DNA of 64,000 nt, taken from contig JBGPGO010000007.1 in the NCBI GenBank assembly GCA_041483895.1, positions 64,001 to 128,000 of the forward strand, given 5' to 3'. Positions 10,068 through 19,882 of the stretch are shown in pieces; positions within the stretch are counted from its first letter, which is position 1; every line of letters begins with the position of its first letter. This DNA comes from Fimbriimonadia bacterium. Lineage in GTDB: Bacteria; Armatimonadota; Fimbriimonadia; Fimbriimonadales; JABRVX01. The position numbers and the translations under genes are program-made. Below the pieces are notes generated by a model. The model was not told the origin of the DNA. It did no database searches and worked only from the letters and a program-made list of their open reading frames with translations.

Positions 10068-13000
10068 CTACGGCCCCGTGTGCAACTCCGGCGAACCGGT
10101 CGCGACGAACCGAAGGAGTACGGTCGCGGACGCGTAGCTTCTGTGCTTGGGCAAACCGGCCACGTCGACGAACGATAGTTCCACCCCAACCGGCAAGCCG
10201 TGAAGTTCTTCCGGTCGCGGCCAGTTCCCGTCTTCCCGTGTGGTTCCGGAGCTCCCCGGTTTGAGCTCCAGCCGTGCGACCAGCTTTCGACTGGCGGTGT
10301 CCTTGGATCCCACGACCACCGACCACGGAAGACTCGGTGACGACAATCCCATCCACAGCTTCGGCTTGCCTTCCTGGGCCTGGAAATACTGTTCCGGGCC
10401 ATGGTCGCCCAGCCACGACAAGTTCTCGAACGTACGGAATATGTCGGTGTCTCCCGATCCGGCCCGAATGAGTTGGGTGGCTTTGAGTTGCTTGCGTGTA
10501 TTCCCAAGCCCCTGGATGCCGCCGATGACCGGAAAGTACACTTCGCCGATGGGAAGTTCCGTCGGATTGTCGATGTGCAGGGCGAACTGCACACCGTCGG
10601 GGGTCAATTCGATGGTCTCGGTAACGGTGACTGGATATTTCTTCCCAAGGTAGTTCCGCAGCGGACCCTTCCAAACGAGCGTCACCTTCGCGCCGTCGGT
10701 ATGGAATTCAGAAAGCTTCTGGCTGTTTCCGACGATCCAATTTGCTTCAATCGTCTGCCACGGCTCTTTGCCGGGAATCACGAGCGCGAAGCGATAGCTG
10801 CCCGCGAGTCTTGGTTCGCGAATCAACTCCAACCCGGACGCTTTGTCGCGCATGCGAGTGACTGCGCCGTTCGCGCGGCTGATCTCAACGAGACACTCTG
10901 CGTTTTCCAAGCGGATCGTCGATCCACGGACGGCATTCGGAATCGGTGGCGGCACTCCACGATAGGACGCCGAGAGGTCGGCCGTGTGGACGTCATCGAT
11001 GCACAGCATAGAATAGGTCGCGGCATCAGCATCGTCGACCGCTTCAACATACACTCGCTCTCCTTTATGCCCCAAACCATCTAGGAATGCGGTCACGAAC
11101 GAGGTCGTATTCGGGGCGTACACGCGGTCCAGTTCGGTGCCGTCCGCAAGCTTTAGCGCGATGGTGTTCCACTTCCGCGGCTTTCCGGAGCCTTGGATGG
11201 AGTTCCACCCGGATATCAAAAGTTGCACGCCGTCCCGGTCGAGCAGGAACGGTTTCGATCTCAGCAATCCCTTGGCCGCCTCTCCGGCTCCACCGCTCCA
11301 AGCCCAGCACTTCCCCCGCCAGCCGGAGTAGTACCCCCGGGAGTCGCGTGCGATGACCCAGGTCGGATCCGCCGTCCACCCGGCAAAGGCGCCAGTTTCG
11401 AATCCACCGTTCGCAGGGCGCTCCACCGGTCGTTGTGCCGCTGGCATCCGTGCGCCTCCGTCACGCCCCAGCTCTTCCACGAAGGCGATGCGCTCTGCCG
11501 GTACGACCACGTTCGCCGGCAATCGAAGGACGCAAGACGGTTCAAATGGGATGCGCACACGCGCCGCGCCGCGGAAGCCCGTGAGCGTCAGCGACGCGCG
11601 CCCAAGACCGCTGTTCGTGACCACGCACACCCGCCGGCCGGTCTTGCGGTTGCGGAAGACGTTCCAATCGAGCCCGCGTCCCGGTTCGCCCACAACGCTC
11701 ACGCCGCTTTTGCCAAGGATCTCGCCATAGAAGACCGTCTCTTGCAGGCTGTCGCGGATCCGCTTGACCTCGCGGATGTATCGTGCGAGCCCACGGAATG
11801 GTACCCAGGCGGGACTGTGACAGAAGTTCATCGGCGCGACCATGACAGTGTGCCCGCCCCGCACGGCGTTGTTTACGCCAAGGAAGTCGTAGGGTTGATA
11901 CAGGCCGAGAGTCTCGGTGTTCTCGGGGAAAACCTGCCTCGTGATGATCTGGTTCCCGACCCACCAGGTCGAGCCAGTGAATTGGAGCAACCGGTCCCAG
12001 TTGCACTCGAAGGACATTGCCCACTCCGGCCGGTACTTCCGGCAGGCTGCCATAACCTCTTTGGTCAGCAGGATTGCGCCTTCCCAGGTTGCGGTGTCGG
12101 GACTCAGCGGCACGTGGGGATTGTATTCGATTGCCGCCGGGAACATTTTGTCGACATGCACGCCGTCCGCGCCAATCGCGGCCAGCTTTGCGAATTGCCG
12201 GACAAGCATTTGTCGAACTTCGGGAAATCCGAGATCCAGCCAGGTCATCAGCTTTGGATGATCCATGCGCGCCCAAAGCGTCCCCATGCCCCAACCGGCC
12301 ATCCATGTGTACCCGCCGTTTGCGGTCATTTCTCGGTAATGTTCCAGTTCCTTCTTGTACCAATCCGATTCCACCATCGCCGGTTGGTAGTTCACAAAGA
12401 AGTAGACCTTGAGGCCCAATCTGTGGCAAGCGTGGATTCCTGCCTGCAGCTCCTTCCATGTCCCCAAACGAGGGTCCGGGGTGTAGTCGGGGTAGCCGTT
12501 GTCGTGGCCCCCCTTCTGCCAGCCGCTGATCTGGACGGCACGGAGCCCACACTGCTTCGCCGCTTTGGCCCATGCAGGGATATCCTTGAAGCGGAAATTG
12601 ATGGTCCCCTCGGGCAGCATAAACATCGTCATCAGGAAGAACGACTCCCGACGGATCCAACACCTTGAGGGCTGTGCAATGCCGAAAGCGTTCTTGAACC
12701 AACTGCGATATACGCGCCCTGCAGTACGCCAACCGCCGTCCACGAAGCGAAACACTGCGGAGGAGCCGTCAAAAGCGCCGCCCGGCTTCGTGAATGGGTG
12801 GTGTTCGATGCAGGCACACACGTCCATGCCGCCGCGTTCCATGAACCGGAACTGTTTGTACCGCGCGACGCGATCTTGGGAGGCGATATAGAGGGAACGG
12901 CCCGATGACTCGATGCATGCGAACGACATACACATCTGTCCGGGGTAAGCAAATGATGCGTCGGCGAACGGCAGCCTGAGGGGCTTCACCCATGGCGTCG

Positions 13001-13484
13001 ACGTCGGAATCCAGACCTCGGCGCTTCTCATTTCGTTTAGCCCGCCGATGAATGGGTAGGCCGCACTCTGCAGCGTACCCGGCCCGTGGTTTTGGACGCT
13101 CAGCCGGAATTGCAACTCACCAAGGCGGATGGTGACCATCATGCGCGCGCTCAGTGGTTGCTCTCCCCCCGCCGTGTCCTTGAGCGGCGACGCCCACCGG
13201 AGGGTGATCGTATTTCCGGTCCGCTCGCAGCTTGCAACGCGCTGGTCCTTGCCGAGGATGGAGACCGCCCCTTTCCCGGGGAGGTCAAGTACCAGACGGT
13301 AGTTCTCCGCGAGTCCGGCTGGGGCGGCGAGCACAGTACCTGCGATCTTGTCGCGAATGGCTGCGAAGACGCCGGTCTCCGGGTCGATGCTGAGCGCGAT
13401 CCTGCTGTCTTGGAGCTCGATAGGCTGAGCTACTACCCCGCAACCGGCGAAGAGTGCGAAAAGAACCGCCGCCTGCACGTGCAT
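10068..13484 (-). CDS. Large secreted glycoside-hydrolase-like protein (DUF6259-like TIM barrel plus beta-sandwich domains)
   Basis: 1138 aa; signal-like N-terminus; barrel motifs SGWQKGGHDNGYPDY..RLGT..CHRLGLKVYFFVN and IGADGVHVD; NGGFETG carbohydrate-binding-like domain; C-terminal region resembles the N-terminal domain. Confidence 0.65.
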   Translation of the reverse strand: MHVQAAVLFALFAGCGVVAQPIELQDSRIALSIDPETGVFAAIRDKIAGTVLAAPAGLAENYRLVLDLPGKGAVSILGKDQRVASCERTGNTITLRWASPLKDTAGGEQPLSARMMVTIRLGELQFRLSVQNHGPGTLQSAAYPFIGGLNEMRSAEVWIPTSTPWVKPLRLPFADASFAYPGQMCMSFACIESSGRSLYIASQDRVARYKQFRFMERGGMDVCACIEHHPFTKPGGAFDGSSAVFRFVDGGWRTAGRVYRSWFKNAFGIAQPSRCWIRRESFFLMTMFMLPEGTINFRFKDIPAWAKAAKQCGLRAVQISGWQKGGHDNGYPDYTPDPRLGTWKELQAGIHACHRLGLKVYFFVNYQPAMVESDWYKKELEHYREMTANGGYTWMAGWGMGTLWARMDHPKLMTWLDLGFPEVRQMLVRQFAKLAAIGADGVHVDKMFPAAIEYNPHVPLSPDTATWEGAILLTKEVMAACRKYRPEWAMSFECNWDRLLQFTGSTWWVGNQIITRQVFPENTETLGLYQPYDFLGVNNAVRGGHTVMVAPMNFCHSPAWVPFRGLARYIREVKRIRDSLQETVFYGEILGKSGVSVVGEPGRGLDWNVFRNRKTGRRVCVVTNSGLGRASLTLTGFRGAARVRIPFEPSCVLRLPANVVVPAERIAFVEELGRDGGARMPAAQRPVERPANGGFETGAFAGWTADPTWVIARDSRGYYSGWRGKCWAWSGGAGEAAKGLLRSKPFLLDRDGVQLLISGWNSIQGSGKPRKWNTIALKLADGTELDRVYAPNTTSFVTAFLDGLGHKGERVYVEAVDDADAATYSMLCIDDVHTADLSASYRGVPPPIPNAVRGSTIRLENAECLVEISRANGAVTRMRDKASGLELIREPRLAGSYRFALVIPGKEPWQTIEANWIVGNSQKLSEFHTDGAKVTLVWKGPLRNYLGKKYPVTVTETIELTPDGVQFALHIDNPTELPIGEVYFPVIGGIQGLGNTRKQLKATQLIRAGSGDTDIFRTFENLSWLGDHGPEQYFQAQEGKPKLWMGLSSPSLPWSVVVGSKDTASRKLVARLELKPGSSGTTREDGNWPRPEELHGLPVGVELSFVDVAGLPKHRSYASATVLLRFVATGSPELHTGP

Positions 13485-13740
13485 TTCGTCTGCCTCCCGT
13501 TCACGTCTTCACTTTGTCGCCGCATGGGTGACGTCCTTTATTCGGCCGGCGGGCGGTTAGCGCGTAGCATCCAACTGCCACGTGCGTCATGTTCCGATCT
13601 CGTTCTCAATCGTGAATTTGTTCAGTTTCTTGAAGGCCGCTCGTCCGATTCCCATAGCGATATGTGAATTATTATATAATCTTATTGAGACACAGCGCCG
13701 GGCGCAGAGAACGCCGGGCGCTCCAAGGAGAAGGCGAGAG

Positions 13741-15042
13741 ATGATTAACGGTACCGTTAGGTTTACCTTGGTATTTGCGGGGCTACTTGGATTCAGTGGC
13801 GGTCGGGCAGCGGGGCAAGTTCCCATCCCGGACCATATCGTCATCGTCATAGAAGAAAACCACAGCTACAACCAGATCATCGGCTCGGCGAGCGCACCGT
13901 TCATCAACGGCCTGAGAATTCAAGGCGCTTTGCTGACCAACTCGTATGGCATCACTCACCCGAGTCAGCCGAACTACCTCGCCCTGTTTTCGGGTTCGAC
14001 GCAAGGAGTGACCACCGACGCGACGCCGACCAACCTTCCGTTCACAACGCCCAACCTCGGCGCGCAGTTGCTTTCGGCTGGCATCACATTCGCGGGATAC
14101 TCGGAGGGAATGCCATCGGTCGGCTATACCGGCGACAGTGCCGGCGGTTCGGGGGGTTACCGTCGCAAGCACAATCCGTGGGTGAATTGGCAGCAAATCA
14201 GCGGCGCACCGCCTAATACGTTGCCGAGCTCGGTCAATCTCCCCTATGCGCTCTTTCCCAGCGATTTCACGCAGTTGCCAAGAGTCTCGTTTGTTATTCC
14301 CACGCAACTCCATGACATGCACGATGGCACCATCGCGCAAGGCGATACGTGGCTGAAAGACAATCTCAACAACTATATTCAGTGGTCGAAGACTCACAAC
14401 AGCATCTTCATCATGACTTTTGACGAAGACAACGGCTCCAGCGGTAATCGTATTGCTACCATTCTGGTCGGCCAATCGATTCTGGCGGGCGTGGCTTCTT
14501 CGCAAAGTGTCAATCACTACAACTTGCTCGCCACCTTGGAGGACATGACCGGCCTGCCCCGGATCGGCAATGCGGTAGGCGCCCAGGCGCTGACAGGGAT
14601 TTTCGCGGAAGCGCCTTACACGATCTCCGGCCACGTGACCCTTGCCGATTATTCGGGGAGCCCGGCTGGAGTGCCGTTTACTCTGTTTATCGAAAGCGGT
14701 AACAGTGTGGTGGATACACTCCCCACAACGCTCGATGCGAACGGAAACTACTCGGTCATGACAAGCCATCAGGGCACTTATGATGCGGTGGGCAAGGGTT
14801 CACACTGGCTAGGCGTTCGCCACACGGACGTGCCCATCACAGGACCACAGACGATCGACTTCGACTTATCGCTTAACGGAGATGCCGATGATGACAACGC
14901 GGTGAACCTGGACGACCTAAACCAGATATTCGTCCACTTCGCGGAGCTGAGCGTACCGAATGTCGACCTCGACGGTTCCGGGCAGGTCGACCTGATCGAC
15001 CTAACCTTCGTACTCATCAATTTCGGACTGGTGGGTGACTAG
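13741..15042 (+). CDS. Secreted acid phosphatase/phosphoesterase-family protein with C-terminal dockerin-like domain
   Basis: PDHIVIVIEENHS, THPSQPNYLALFSG, YRRKHNPW, HDMHDG, TFDED, NHYNLLATLE; C-terminal GDADDDNAVNLDDL..DLDGSGQVDLIDL; start chosen by RBS AAGGAG and signal peptide. Confidence 0.88.
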   Translation: MINGTVRFTLVFAGLLGFSGGRAAGQVPIPDHIVIVIEENHSYNQIIGSASAPFINGLRIQGALLTNSYGITHPSQPNYLALFSGSTQGVTTDATPTNLPFTTPNLGAQLLSAGITFAGYSEGMPSVGYTGDSAGGSGGYRRKHNPWVNWQQISGAPPNTLPSSVNLPYALFPSDFTQLPRVSFVIPTQLHDMHDGTIAQGDTWLKDNLNNYIQWSKTHNSIFIMTFDEDNGSSGNRIATILVGQSILAGVASSQSVNHYNLLATLEDMTGLPRIGNAVGAQALTGIFAEAPYTISGHVTLADYSGSPAGVPFTLFIESGNSVVDTLPTTLDANGNYSVMTSHQGTYDAVGKGSHWLGVRHTDVPITGPQTIDFDLSLNGDADDDNAVNLDDLNQIFVHFAELSVPNVDLDGSGQVDLIDLTFVLINFGLVGD

Positions 15043-15204
15043 CGACCCCTCCGGTCTCTGCGTTGGTAGGCCCGTGTTATCGAAAGTGTCTGAAGTCCTA
15101 TCATAAAGAACCATTATCGATAGGTCTTTGGATTGCTCGGGCCAACCGCTTGCCTGGGTCGGCGGATGGTCCGCTACTGCCACTGACGGGGATAGGCGCG
15201 TTGA

Positions 15205-15744
15205 GTGCTCCAGCGCGCGTTCCAGGCGTCTTTGACTTCCTCCTCGCCCGGATACACCTGGACGCCTTCGTACTCGGCAGGGTTGCCTTGGACGATCTCC
15301 GCGATGGCGCGTGCCTTTTTGGGTTCCATCTACGGGACGAACTGGCCAGGAGGGGTCGGCGGTGGCGCGTGCCATGATTTTGATAAGAGTGTTCTTAATT
15401 GCATGCTAAGTTTCTGCAATGGTTTGGGGTTTGTATCGTGTAACGGCCCGGGCTGTCCCGGCGCCTGTGCTTACACTTGTCTCCTACCTCTCCTGCCGAT
15501 TTGCATGATAACATTTTGTTTTCCGCAGGCTTCTCAACCGGCGAATTGTTCTGATGTTGGAGGGGACACGAGTCTAAATCCTATTTCCTTCAATTTTCTG
15601 CATGAGCTCGGCCACTGTTGCGGAGTCCAGCATGGGAACCATCCGGATTGGGCTCAGTGTAATGATATGATGAGTTGCTGCATCTTAGAAGTGATGCACG
15701 GTGTGGGAGACCCCAGCAACAAATGTGCTCGACATATACCATGA
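15205..15744 (+). CDS. Cys-rich protein with metzincin zinc-binding motif (possibly 5'-truncated toxin domain)
   Basis: HELGHCCGVQH = HExxHxxGxxH followed by CNDMM (Met-turn-like); 16 Cys; locally AT-richer DNA; weak GTG start. Confidence 0.55.
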   Translation: MLQRAFQASLTSSSPGYTWTPSYSAGLPWTISAMARAFLGSIYGTNWPGGVGGGACHDFDKSVLNCMLSFCNGLGFVSCNGPGCPGACAYTCLLPLLPICMITFCFPQASQPANCSDVGGDTSLNPISFNFLHELGHCCGVQHGNHPDWAQCNDMMSCCILEVMHGVGDPSNKCARHIP

Positions 15745-15753
15745 GGAGTAGAA

Positions 15754-16242
15754 ATGAGCTTCATTCAAACCATATTCGGGATCGTTTTGGCGATGCTCAC
15801 CGCCAATTTGGGGGGACGGGAAACCTCGATGACTGGACGCACTGAGCTGGAGGGCGTCCTTTCGTTCGATAGTCAAACGGGCAACTTTCTACTGCGCTTT
15901 GAAAATAAGACGCGTGAGAACGTTGCGGTCCTTAGATGGAACTGGACATATGAGATCCGATTGTATGACAAATCCGGATCAAGATTGAAGAATGTTGTTG
16001 GGCAGGTCAATCAAGCGGCCGTCACTGATGGTGATTGGGTTGTACTCAGACCCGGCGATTCGTGCGGATTTCATCTCGCAGCATACGCCGGAAGTGCCCT
16101 TCTGGGCACATCGGGCGTATGGCGTGCCGAATGCGATATACGAAAGGACACTCTTTCCAGGCAGAAGGTTCCCGCCTTCGTCCGGCAGATGCGAGCGACA
16201 CCATTAGCTGTTCGGACGGCTTCTGCCGTGATTCGCGGATGA
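15754..16242 (+). CDS. Hypothetical exported protein (candidate partner/inhibitor of the upstream ORF)
   Basis: Strong RBS GAGGAG right after the upstream stop; hydrophobic N-terminus; beta-rich LLRFENKTRENVAV..WVVLRPGDS pattern. Confidence 0.6.
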   Translation: MSFIQTIFGIVLAMLTANLGGRETSMTGRTELEGVLSFDSQTGNFLLRFENKTRENVAVLRWNWTYEIRLYDKSGSRLKNVVGQVNQAAVTDGDWVVLRPGDSCGFHLAAYAGSALLGTSGVWRAECDIRKDTLSRQKVPAFVRQMRATPLAVRTASAVIRG

Positions 16243-16274
16243 GCCAGATCGTGATGGTTCGCCATGGCTGCCGC

Positions 16275-17567
16275 CTAGTGAGCTTTCTCCAGAACCGATG
16301 TGAGACCACATCCGGAAAGCCGTTCCAGGGCGACGGCAACGTAGCGCGGCTCGATTTCTATGGCGTAGACTTTCCTGCCAAGCTGCTCACCGGCAACGAT
16401 CTGGCTGCCGCTGCCACAAAACGCCTCGTAACAGACGTCCCCCTTCTTCGTGTGCTGCTCCATGGGGATCGTGAACACGCCGACCGGCTTGACCGTCGGA
16501 TGCTCGATGTCATCTTGGCCATCGCCTCGGTTCGGAAACTCCCAAACGTTCTTCGGGTAGTCGCCCGCGAGGCGCGGAGGTTCATTGCCTTTCACCCAGC
16601 CGAAGGCACACGATTCAGATGCGTTCATGTAGTAGCTGTAGCCGAGCACGGGGCAGTTCTTGATCCAGTGGATGGTCTGATGCCAGAAGGCTCCGAACTC
16701 GTTCCACACGGCTTCCAGCATGGCTTGCCTACGCTGCGCGTGCCATGTGTACCAGGCGGCATTCTTCTCGATTGCGATCTCCACGGCGCATTTGATGAAG
16801 GAGTGGTACAGACTTGAGTTGGCGTCCGCGTCGTCCCAAGAACCGCCATAGGAAGAGGACCAATCTTTGTTTTTCGGCTTCTTCTCGCCGCGATCCACCT
16901 GTTTCTGGTACTCCAGAGAGGAAGGGTGGTTTTGGGCATCGTAGTTGACCAAATACGGCGGATCGGTCGCGAACAATGCCGCCTTCTTCCCGTCCATCAC
17001 ACGCACCACGTGCTCAGGGTTGGTGCAGTCGCCGCAGAGCAAACGGTGCTCACCGATGAACCACAACTGGCCGGGCTTCGTCTTCCACTTCTTCTGAAGC
17101 TCGTCGGCTTTGTCGATCTGGGCGCCGGGATCTTCCACCACCTTCCCGTCTTCCTCGAACAACTTCAGGAGGGCCGCGAGATCGTCATCCGCGTAGCCGG
17201 TTCCAACTAGACCGCCTTCCGACTCCGCCAGTTCCTTCAGGAGCGCAGCCAGCACCTCGTCATCGTTGGTCGCCAAATCGCTGAGGCGGTTATCCGCCAA
17301 AAGGATCCGCCGAGCCTTTTCGTCGTCAACATCAACGTACACCACCGGCAGCTTGTCGATGCCTTTGGCAATGGCAGCCCTGAGGCGATGGTTGCCAGCC
17401 AGCACGTGGCCCATGGAGCGCTGCACGACGAGAGTTCCAACGAATCCGTTGGTCTCAATCGACTCTCCGATCGCATCCACATTCCCCCGCCGAGGATTGT
17501 CAGGATGCTCGGTCAGCTTTACGACCGAAACCAGTTCGTACTTTTCGTTGGTGACCGCATTGTCCAA
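16275..17567 (-). CDS. ParB-like N-terminal domain + N4/N6 DNA methyltransferase (phage-type orphan methylase)
   Basis: HPDNPRRGN..SIETNGF..VLAGNHRLRAA..LADNRL (ParB-like); HRLLCGDC, TDPPY, HPTVKP, EAFCGSGS, AIEIEPRY (beta-class MTase). Confidence 0.9.
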   Translation of the reverse strand: MDNAVTNEKYELVSVVKLTEHPDNPRRGNVDAIGESIETNGFVGTLVVQRSMGHVLAGNHRLRAAIAKGIDKLPVVYVDVDDEKARRILLADNRLSDLATNDDEVLAALLKELAESEGGLVGTGYADDDLAALLKLFEEDGKVVEDPGAQIDKADELQKKWKTKPGQLWFIGEHRLLCGDCTNPEHVVRVMDGKKAALFATDPPYLVNYDAQNHPSSLEYQKQVDRGEKKPKNKDWSSSYGGSWDDADANSSLYHSFIKCAVEIAIEKNAAWYTWHAQRRQAMLEAVWNEFGAFWHQTIHWIKNCPVLGYSYYMNASESCAFGWVKGNEPPRLAGDYPKNVWEFPNRGDGQDDIEHPTVKPVGVFTIPMEQHTKKGDVCYEAFCGSGSQIVAGEQLGRKVYAIEIEPRYVAVALERLSGCGLTSVLEKAH

Positions 17568-17743
17568 CTCGCCTCGGGACTTGCTCTACGGTTTAGCGAT
17601 GCACTTCCTGCCTTTTCGGCTCTGGTACTTCGCGAGCGAAACCCACATAATGAAGCGGTGAACCTTCACCGAATCAGTTCGCGAGTACCACTGACTGGGA
17701 GCCAGCTGTTTTTGAACCTAGTTGTAATCTTCCATCACTCCTC

Positions 17744-17784
17744 TTGACGGCCACATTGACGGCCATTGACACTCATTTTGACAC
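17744..17784. repeat. Four spaced TTGAC direct repeats (TTGACGGCCA x2, TTGACAC x2)
   Basis: TTGAC at 17744, 17756, 17766 and 17778 in the divergent intergenic region between the MTase and korA. Confidence 0.5.
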
Positions 17785-18097
17785 GCACCCAGAGATCTTC
17801 CCGTCTACCGCAAAATGCTGAATCGTGATGAGATGAATGCTATGGTCGAGTTCGTTGCCCTCATCCCATCCTCAATATCTCCGCCGCCTCGCAGATGCAG
17901 GGCAATCTGAGCGCCGCCGTCCCCGGGTGGTTCATCGGCCGGCCAGAAAAGGCGCCGGCCCCATTACCAAGCTGGGGAAATCGCGGGCCAGTATTCTTAC
18001 CGTGTAGATTCTAACTACAGGTGGGGAATTGCATCTTATGACTCAATACGGCCACAATGAGTGATACTGTGCCTGATTGCACCGAGGGGAACCTACT

Positions 18098-19882
18098 ATG
18101 AAACACGGACCTGCCGAGCGTTCCATTTGGCTAACCGGTGAATCGGGAGAGGGCATTGTCAGCCTCGGGGAGCTCGTCTCTAAAGGCGCTGTCAAACTCG
18201 GACTCCAGATATTCACCTATCGGACCTTTCCCGCCGAGATTAAGGGCGGATCGGTCCTCTACAAATTGCGAACCGGCAAGGGAGCGCAGCTTTTGAGCTG
18301 CGGCGAGAAGCCGGATATCTTTGTGGCTTTGAATCAAGAGGGTTACGACCTATATTCATCGGCGCTTGCAGACGACGGCCTTCTTGTCTACGATAGCGAC
18401 GGGGTGGAAATCCAAGAGCAGCCGGGCATACGCACGATCGGCATCCCGTTTACCACGATCGCGAAAAAAGACCTCGCTTTCCCTCTTGCAAAGAACATGG
18501 TCTGCTTCGGTTCCGTCTGGACCGCGCTCGGCGGACCCCCAGAGGCCGGCGAAACCTACGTTCGCAACCAGTTCGAGCGGAAGGGCGAAGAGATCGTCGC
18601 GACCAACATCAAAGCGTTCCAAATGGGCCGCGAACGGGTATTGGCAGGCATGGGGGTGGAGGTAGAGCCGCTGCCCGTGGGCGAACCTCTCAATGCCATC
18701 CTGATCAACGGCAACCAGGCGGTGTCGGTCGGCGCGCTGGCGGCTGGGCTGAAGTTTTTCGCCGGTTATCCCATCACTCCGTCCTCAGAAATCATGGAGA
18801 CGCTCGCCAAGGACCTGCCGAACTTCGGCGGTCGAATGGTGCAGGCAGAGGATGAGATGGCCGCGATCGGCATGTGCCTCGGAGCCTCCTATTCCGGCGC
18901 AAAGAGCATGACGGCGACCTCCGGCCCCGGACTTTCATTGATGGTCGAACAACTCAATCTGGCGGGGGTGGCGGAGATCCCGGTCGTTGTTGTCGATGTT
19001 CAGCGAGGCGGAGCGAGCACCGGAATGCCGACGAAGACCTCGCAGGGCGACCTCAATATTGCCGCGCTAGGCATGCATAATGAATCGCCACGGGTCGTGA
19101 TCGCTCCGATCAGCGTGGAAGACTGTTTCTACACCACCATCCACGCTTTCAACATCGCGGAGCGCTACCAAATGCCGGTACTGATTCTTTCCGAGCAAGC
19201 TCTTTCGGCTTCCGAAGTAACTGTTCCGCCGTTCGATCTGAAACGGATTCCATTGTGGGATCGGGTTGTAGATTATGAGGAACAGCCCGCAAATTCTGGA
19301 ATCGACGCGGACGATGGGTCCGATTGGTTCTTGCGATACCAGGACACGTCTACTGGGATTTCGCCGATGCCACTGCCCGGAACTCCGAAACACCAATACA
19401 CGTCAACCGGGTTGGAGCACAACGAGCGCGGAGACCCGATCTATGACCCCGATGGCGCGAATAAAATGGCCTCCAAGCGATTCCGGAAGATAGAACATTT
19501 TGTGGATAATTACATTGAGGACTTCATAGAGTATTTCGGAGACGAGGGCGAGGTAGAAATTGGTATCATCGGATGGGGATCCAATGTTGAGGCGATACGC
19601 GAGGGAATGGAACTCGCCGCCGAAAAGGGGATCAGCACGGCGCTGATCGCACCGCGAATATTGTGGCCCGTCCCTGTCAACGCCATGAAGCGATTCGCGA
19701 AGCGCGCCGGTCGAATCGTATGTATAGAGAACAATCACAGCGGACAGTTTGCGCACTTGGTCCGATCAAGGACGGGTATAGGCATCGTGTCTCGCACGCG
19801 CGACAGCGGCCTGCCCTTTGAGCCAAGTACCGTGTTACAACAAATCCTGAATGTGCGCGAGGAGAGTGTGGCCCATGTCTGA
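18098..19882 (+). CDS. korA: 2-oxoacid:ferredoxin oxidoreductase alpha subunit (gamma-alpha fused)
   Basis: GESGEGIVS, FPAEIKGG, FFAGYPITPSSEI, QAEDEMAAIG, TATSGPGLSLM, DVQRGGASTGMPTK; RBS GAGGGG before ATG 18098. Confidence 0.93.
   Translation: MKHGPAERSIWLTGESGEGIVSLGELVSKGAVKLGLQIFTYRTFPAEIKGGSVLYKLRTGKGAQLLSCGEKPDIFVALNQEGYDLYSSALADDGLLVYDSDGVEIQEQPGIRTIGIPFTTIAKKDLAFPLAKNMVCFGSVWTALGGPPEAGETYVRNQFERKGEEIVATNIKAFQMGRERVLAGMGVEVEPLPVGEPLNAILINGNQAVSVGALAAGLKFFAGYPITPSSEIMETLAKDLPNFGGRMVQAEDEMAAIGMCLGASYSGAKSMTATSGPGLSLMVEQLNLAGVAEIPVVVVDVQRGGASTGMPTKTSQGDLNIAALGMHNESPRVVIAPISVEDCFYTTIHAFNIAERYQMPVLILSEQALSASEVTVPPFDLKRIPLWDRVVDYEEQPANSGIDADDGSDWFLRYQDTSTGISPMPLPGTPKHQYTSTGLEHNERGDPIYDPDGANKMASKRFRKIEHFVDNYIEDFIEYFGDEGEVEIGIIGWGSNVEAIREGMELAAEKGISTALIAPRILWPVPVNAMKRFAKRAGRIVCIENNHSGQFAHLVRSRTGIGIVSRTRDSGLPFEPSTVLQQILNVREESVAHV

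Noticed and set aside
11193..12732. Long antisense or alternate-frame ORFs (491 and 396 aa) and similar shadows over the nuo, ior and ehr genes
   Set aside because: These are typical high-GC shadow ORFs overlapping well-supported genes and have no recognisable motifs.
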